In this document: piece after piece, positions 62,119 through 64,000 of the stretch
Position numbering within the stretch: the first letter of the stretch is position 1
Layout of the letters: every line of letters starts with the position of its first letter
Program-made: the position numbers and the translations under genes
The notes under the pieces: model-generated
Told to the model about the DNA's origin: nothing
The model's input: the letters and a program-made list of their open reading frames with translations, nothing else
Database searches by the model: none
Source: an uncultured Gemmatimonadales bacterium
Lineage (GTDB): Bacteria > Gemmatimonadota > Gemmatimonadetes > Gemmatimonadales > Gemmatimonadaceae
Assembly: GCA_963707505.1 (NCBI GenBank)
Contig: CAVPQB010000004.1
Location: 768,001-832,000, forward strand
Direction of reading: 5' to 3'
Length of the DNA: 64,000 nt

Positions 62119-62152
62119 TCGGGGGCGATCGACAAACATCGATCGCCCCCGA
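62119..62152 (+). terminator. Probable intrinsic terminator
   Basis: 14-bp stem tcgggggcgatcga/tcgatcgcccccga followed by ttgcttt. Confidence 0.7.
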
Positions 62153-62262
62153 TTGCTTTCCGGGAACACGCCACGCCGCGGTTTTGCGGGGTATCTTTCA
62201 CGGTGCGACTGCCGGTTTTGTCAGGCGCTCCAGGTCGCTGGCTAACGCGGGAGGGGAAGCCC

Positions 62263-63027
62263 ATGTCCGACTTCTATCGACGCCGACGCGTAGTAATCAA
62301 GGACGCGACTGCGCTGCTCACGTTCTTCCTCGGCTTCGTCTGGTCGGGCGCGTTCGCGTGGCCGTTTCTGGCCGACCAGGTGGATCAGGGCGACATGATC
62401 CGCGGACTCGCGTACTTCCTCTCGCTCGTGCTGGGCACCGGCATCGTCATGGGACTCATCGGCCTCGAGGCTGGTAATCTCCTTGGCGGAGTGTGGGAGC
62501 GATATCACAAACATCATCGCGACCATCGTGAATTTGCGGTCGCCGCCGGAACTCCAGCGCTCGCGTGGGCTGGGCCGATGGGAATCGCGCCAGTGCGCAG
62601 GGCTTCGACAGCTGGCGCACCCGCGCCGCGCGACCTCAGCAACGTTTACTACGACGAAGCAGGCGTGTACGCCGCTTCGTTCATACCGCTGGCGGAACGC
62701 GTGCGCCCGGTTCGCTACGAAATGGCGAAAGCGCGCGAGGCGCTCGCCAGGACGACAAACATCGGTGCGTGGGACGGCGGCCGCCTTGTTGGAGCCGTGC
62801 GCCTGCTCAGCGACGGCTACACGTTCAGCGTGATCGCCGATATCCTGGTCGATCCCGACTACCAGCGTCTCGGCATCGGGCGTGATCTCATGGCGCGCGC
62901 GCTCGCCGTCGCGCCCGACGCGCGCGTGTTGATCGAGGCACAGCCGGATTGCATCGGCTTTTTCGAGCGCATAGGATGCGTGCGCGGACCGACCGGGTTC
63001 ACTCTTACCGCGTCCGCATCGCGATGA
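62263..63027 (+). CDS. Membrane-anchored GNAT-family N-acetyltransferase
   Basis: Two N-terminal hydrophobic helices; C-terminal GNAT motif A IADILVDPDYQRLGIGRDLM and GFFERIG; GGAGGGG RBS. Confidence 0.8.
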   Translation: MSDFYRRRRVVIKDATALLTFFLGFVWSGAFAWPFLADQVDQGDMIRGLAYFLSLVLGTGIVMGLIGLEAGNLLGGVWERYHKHHRDHREFAVAAGTPALAWAGPMGIAPVRRASTAGAPAPRDLSNVYYDEAGVYAASFIPLAERVRPVRYEMAKAREALARTTNIGAWDGGRLVGAVRLLSDGYTFSVIADILVDPDYQRLGIGRDLMARALAVAPDARVLIEAQPDCIGFFERIGCVRGPTGFTLTASASR

Positions 63028-63143
63028 GCGGGCGCGTACGAAAGGACTTCGCTGCATCGTTCCTGACCGGGCGGTTTCTGGTTCCGTCGGGGATAGCGAT
63101 CCTGCTGATCGCGATCGTCGTCTGGCTGCTACGAGGCCGCTGA
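63024..63143 (+). CDS. Small single-TM protein (39 aa)
   Basis: ATGA overlap with the GNAT stop; hydrophobic FLVPSGIAILLIAIVVWLL followed by RGR. Confidence 0.5.
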   Translation: MSGRVRKDFAASFLTGRFLVPSGIAILLIAIVVWLLRGR

Positions 63144-63309
63144 TCGAAGCTGGATTTCCGGTCTGGGCGGCTCGTTTCCGCCCGAACGCTCGCGGCAACG
63201 CCGGAGCAGCCGAAACTGGGGATAGTGCGACTCGCCGACTGCGGTGATACTATACGTGCTCGGTGGCTCTCCACTGGAAGGTGCTTCCTCCCACCTGATC
63301 GGGACAACT

Positions 63310-63561
63310 GTGAACGAGTCAATTCAATTGACAGAGATTGACGAGGAGACGTACGGGTTGCGAGAAGTCGATCCGGAGCATGAACCGGAGGGTCCGCCGG
63401 CGCGCAAGCGTGCGGACTCCAGCGTCAAATTGTACGTCGCGTTGTGGTTGCCCGGCGCGGGCGCACTTCTCGCGTACGCGGTGACGCGTGGCAGCTTCTG
63501 GGCTGGATTCGTCGGAATAGAGTTGTTGCTGGTTGGACTGTACACTCTCGCAAAATTGTAA
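63310..63561 (+). CDS. Small two-TM hypothetical protein
   Basis: GTG start, acidic N-terminus then two hydrophobic segments; extended -10-like TGATACTAT at 63245. Confidence 0.55.
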   Translation: MNESIQLTEIDEETYGLREVDPEHEPEGPPARKRADSSVKLYVALWLPGAGALLAYAVTRGSFWAGFVGIELLLVGLYTLAKL

Positions 63562-63587
63562 GTGCTCAAAGCCCGGGTACGTCAGGG

Positions 63588-64000
63588 ATGAACACCGGCT
63601 CCTATCCTGTCCAGGAAGCGCCGACGGAGATGACCGAAGACGAGCCGCGTCGTGACGACCCCGCTCTCACCGGTGCCTCCGGCCGCCCCAGTGCGCCGGA
63701 TCGAGCGCGGGCTAGCGACGCGTACGCTCAGCGAGTCATCGCCGCGCAGCGATCCGAAGCGCTCAATCGCCTGCTCAACGTCTTCATTGCTGTACTTGCG
63801 CTGATAGTGCTCGGGCCGGTCATGCTGCTCATCGCGCTCGCGGTGAAGCTCACATCGCGCGGACCTGTCTTCTACGTTCAGGACCGTGTCGGCGTGGATC
63901 GTCGTCGTCGATCCGTTTCACCGGGCGAGGACAGGCGCACATCGAACGTCGGTGGCCGCCCGTTTCGCATCCTCAAATTCCGGTCGATGCGGCAGGACGC
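63588..64000 (+). CDS. Bacterial sugar transferase (priming glycosyl-phosphate transferase), 3'-truncated by the window edge
   Basis: Open frame from ATG 63588: RLLNVFIAVLALIVLGPVMLLIALAVKLTSRGPVFYVQDRVG...PFRILKFRSMRQD. Confidence 0.88.
   Translation, partial: MNTGSYPVQEAPTEMTEDEPRRDDPALTGASGRPSAPDRARASDAYAQRVIAAQRSEALNRLLNVFIAVLALIVLGPVMLLIALAVKLTSRGPVFYVQDRVGVDRRRRSVSPGEDRRTSNVGGRPFRILKFRSMRQD

Overview
High-GC, densely coding bacterial chromosome segment. Gene content and protein style suggest Gemmatimonadota (inference, no search run). It is mostly core or housekeeping: a KaiC-like ATPase and histidine kinase, a family B DNA polymerase, tRNA-Asn, uvrA, a tyrosine catabolic cluster (hppD, hmgA, acetoacetate-CoA ligase), maeB-pckA, a long minus-strand run from lepA through ftsEX-envC-nfo, mfd-PPIase-surA-pdxA, typA, tRNA-Ile and the start of a sugar transferase. 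The standout is a metal-homeostasis locus (about 23.5-33.5 kb). Two paralogous small exported His/CxxC proteins, each ending in the ribosome-arrest motif RAPP (DUF2946/CruR/CutF-like), sit one before a CzcCBA-type efflux pump and one before a TonB-dependent receptor. Each is followed by an RNA structure that can pair the leader's stop-codon region with the downstream initiation region. Other notable items are a recurring -10-like box 6-9 nt before start codons (probable leaderless mRNAs), a REP/RPE-like inverted repeat, a HATPase plus STAS-like pair, a cI/Cro-like divergent pair beside tRNA-Ile, and a protein with an 80% acidic tail. Five genes (pckA, a DUF4384 gene, a PPIase, typA, a DUF3761 gene) carry single-base indels that look like long-read consensus errors. 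I found no CRISPR array, rRNA, transposase or integrase. All family calls come from motif recognition by eye.
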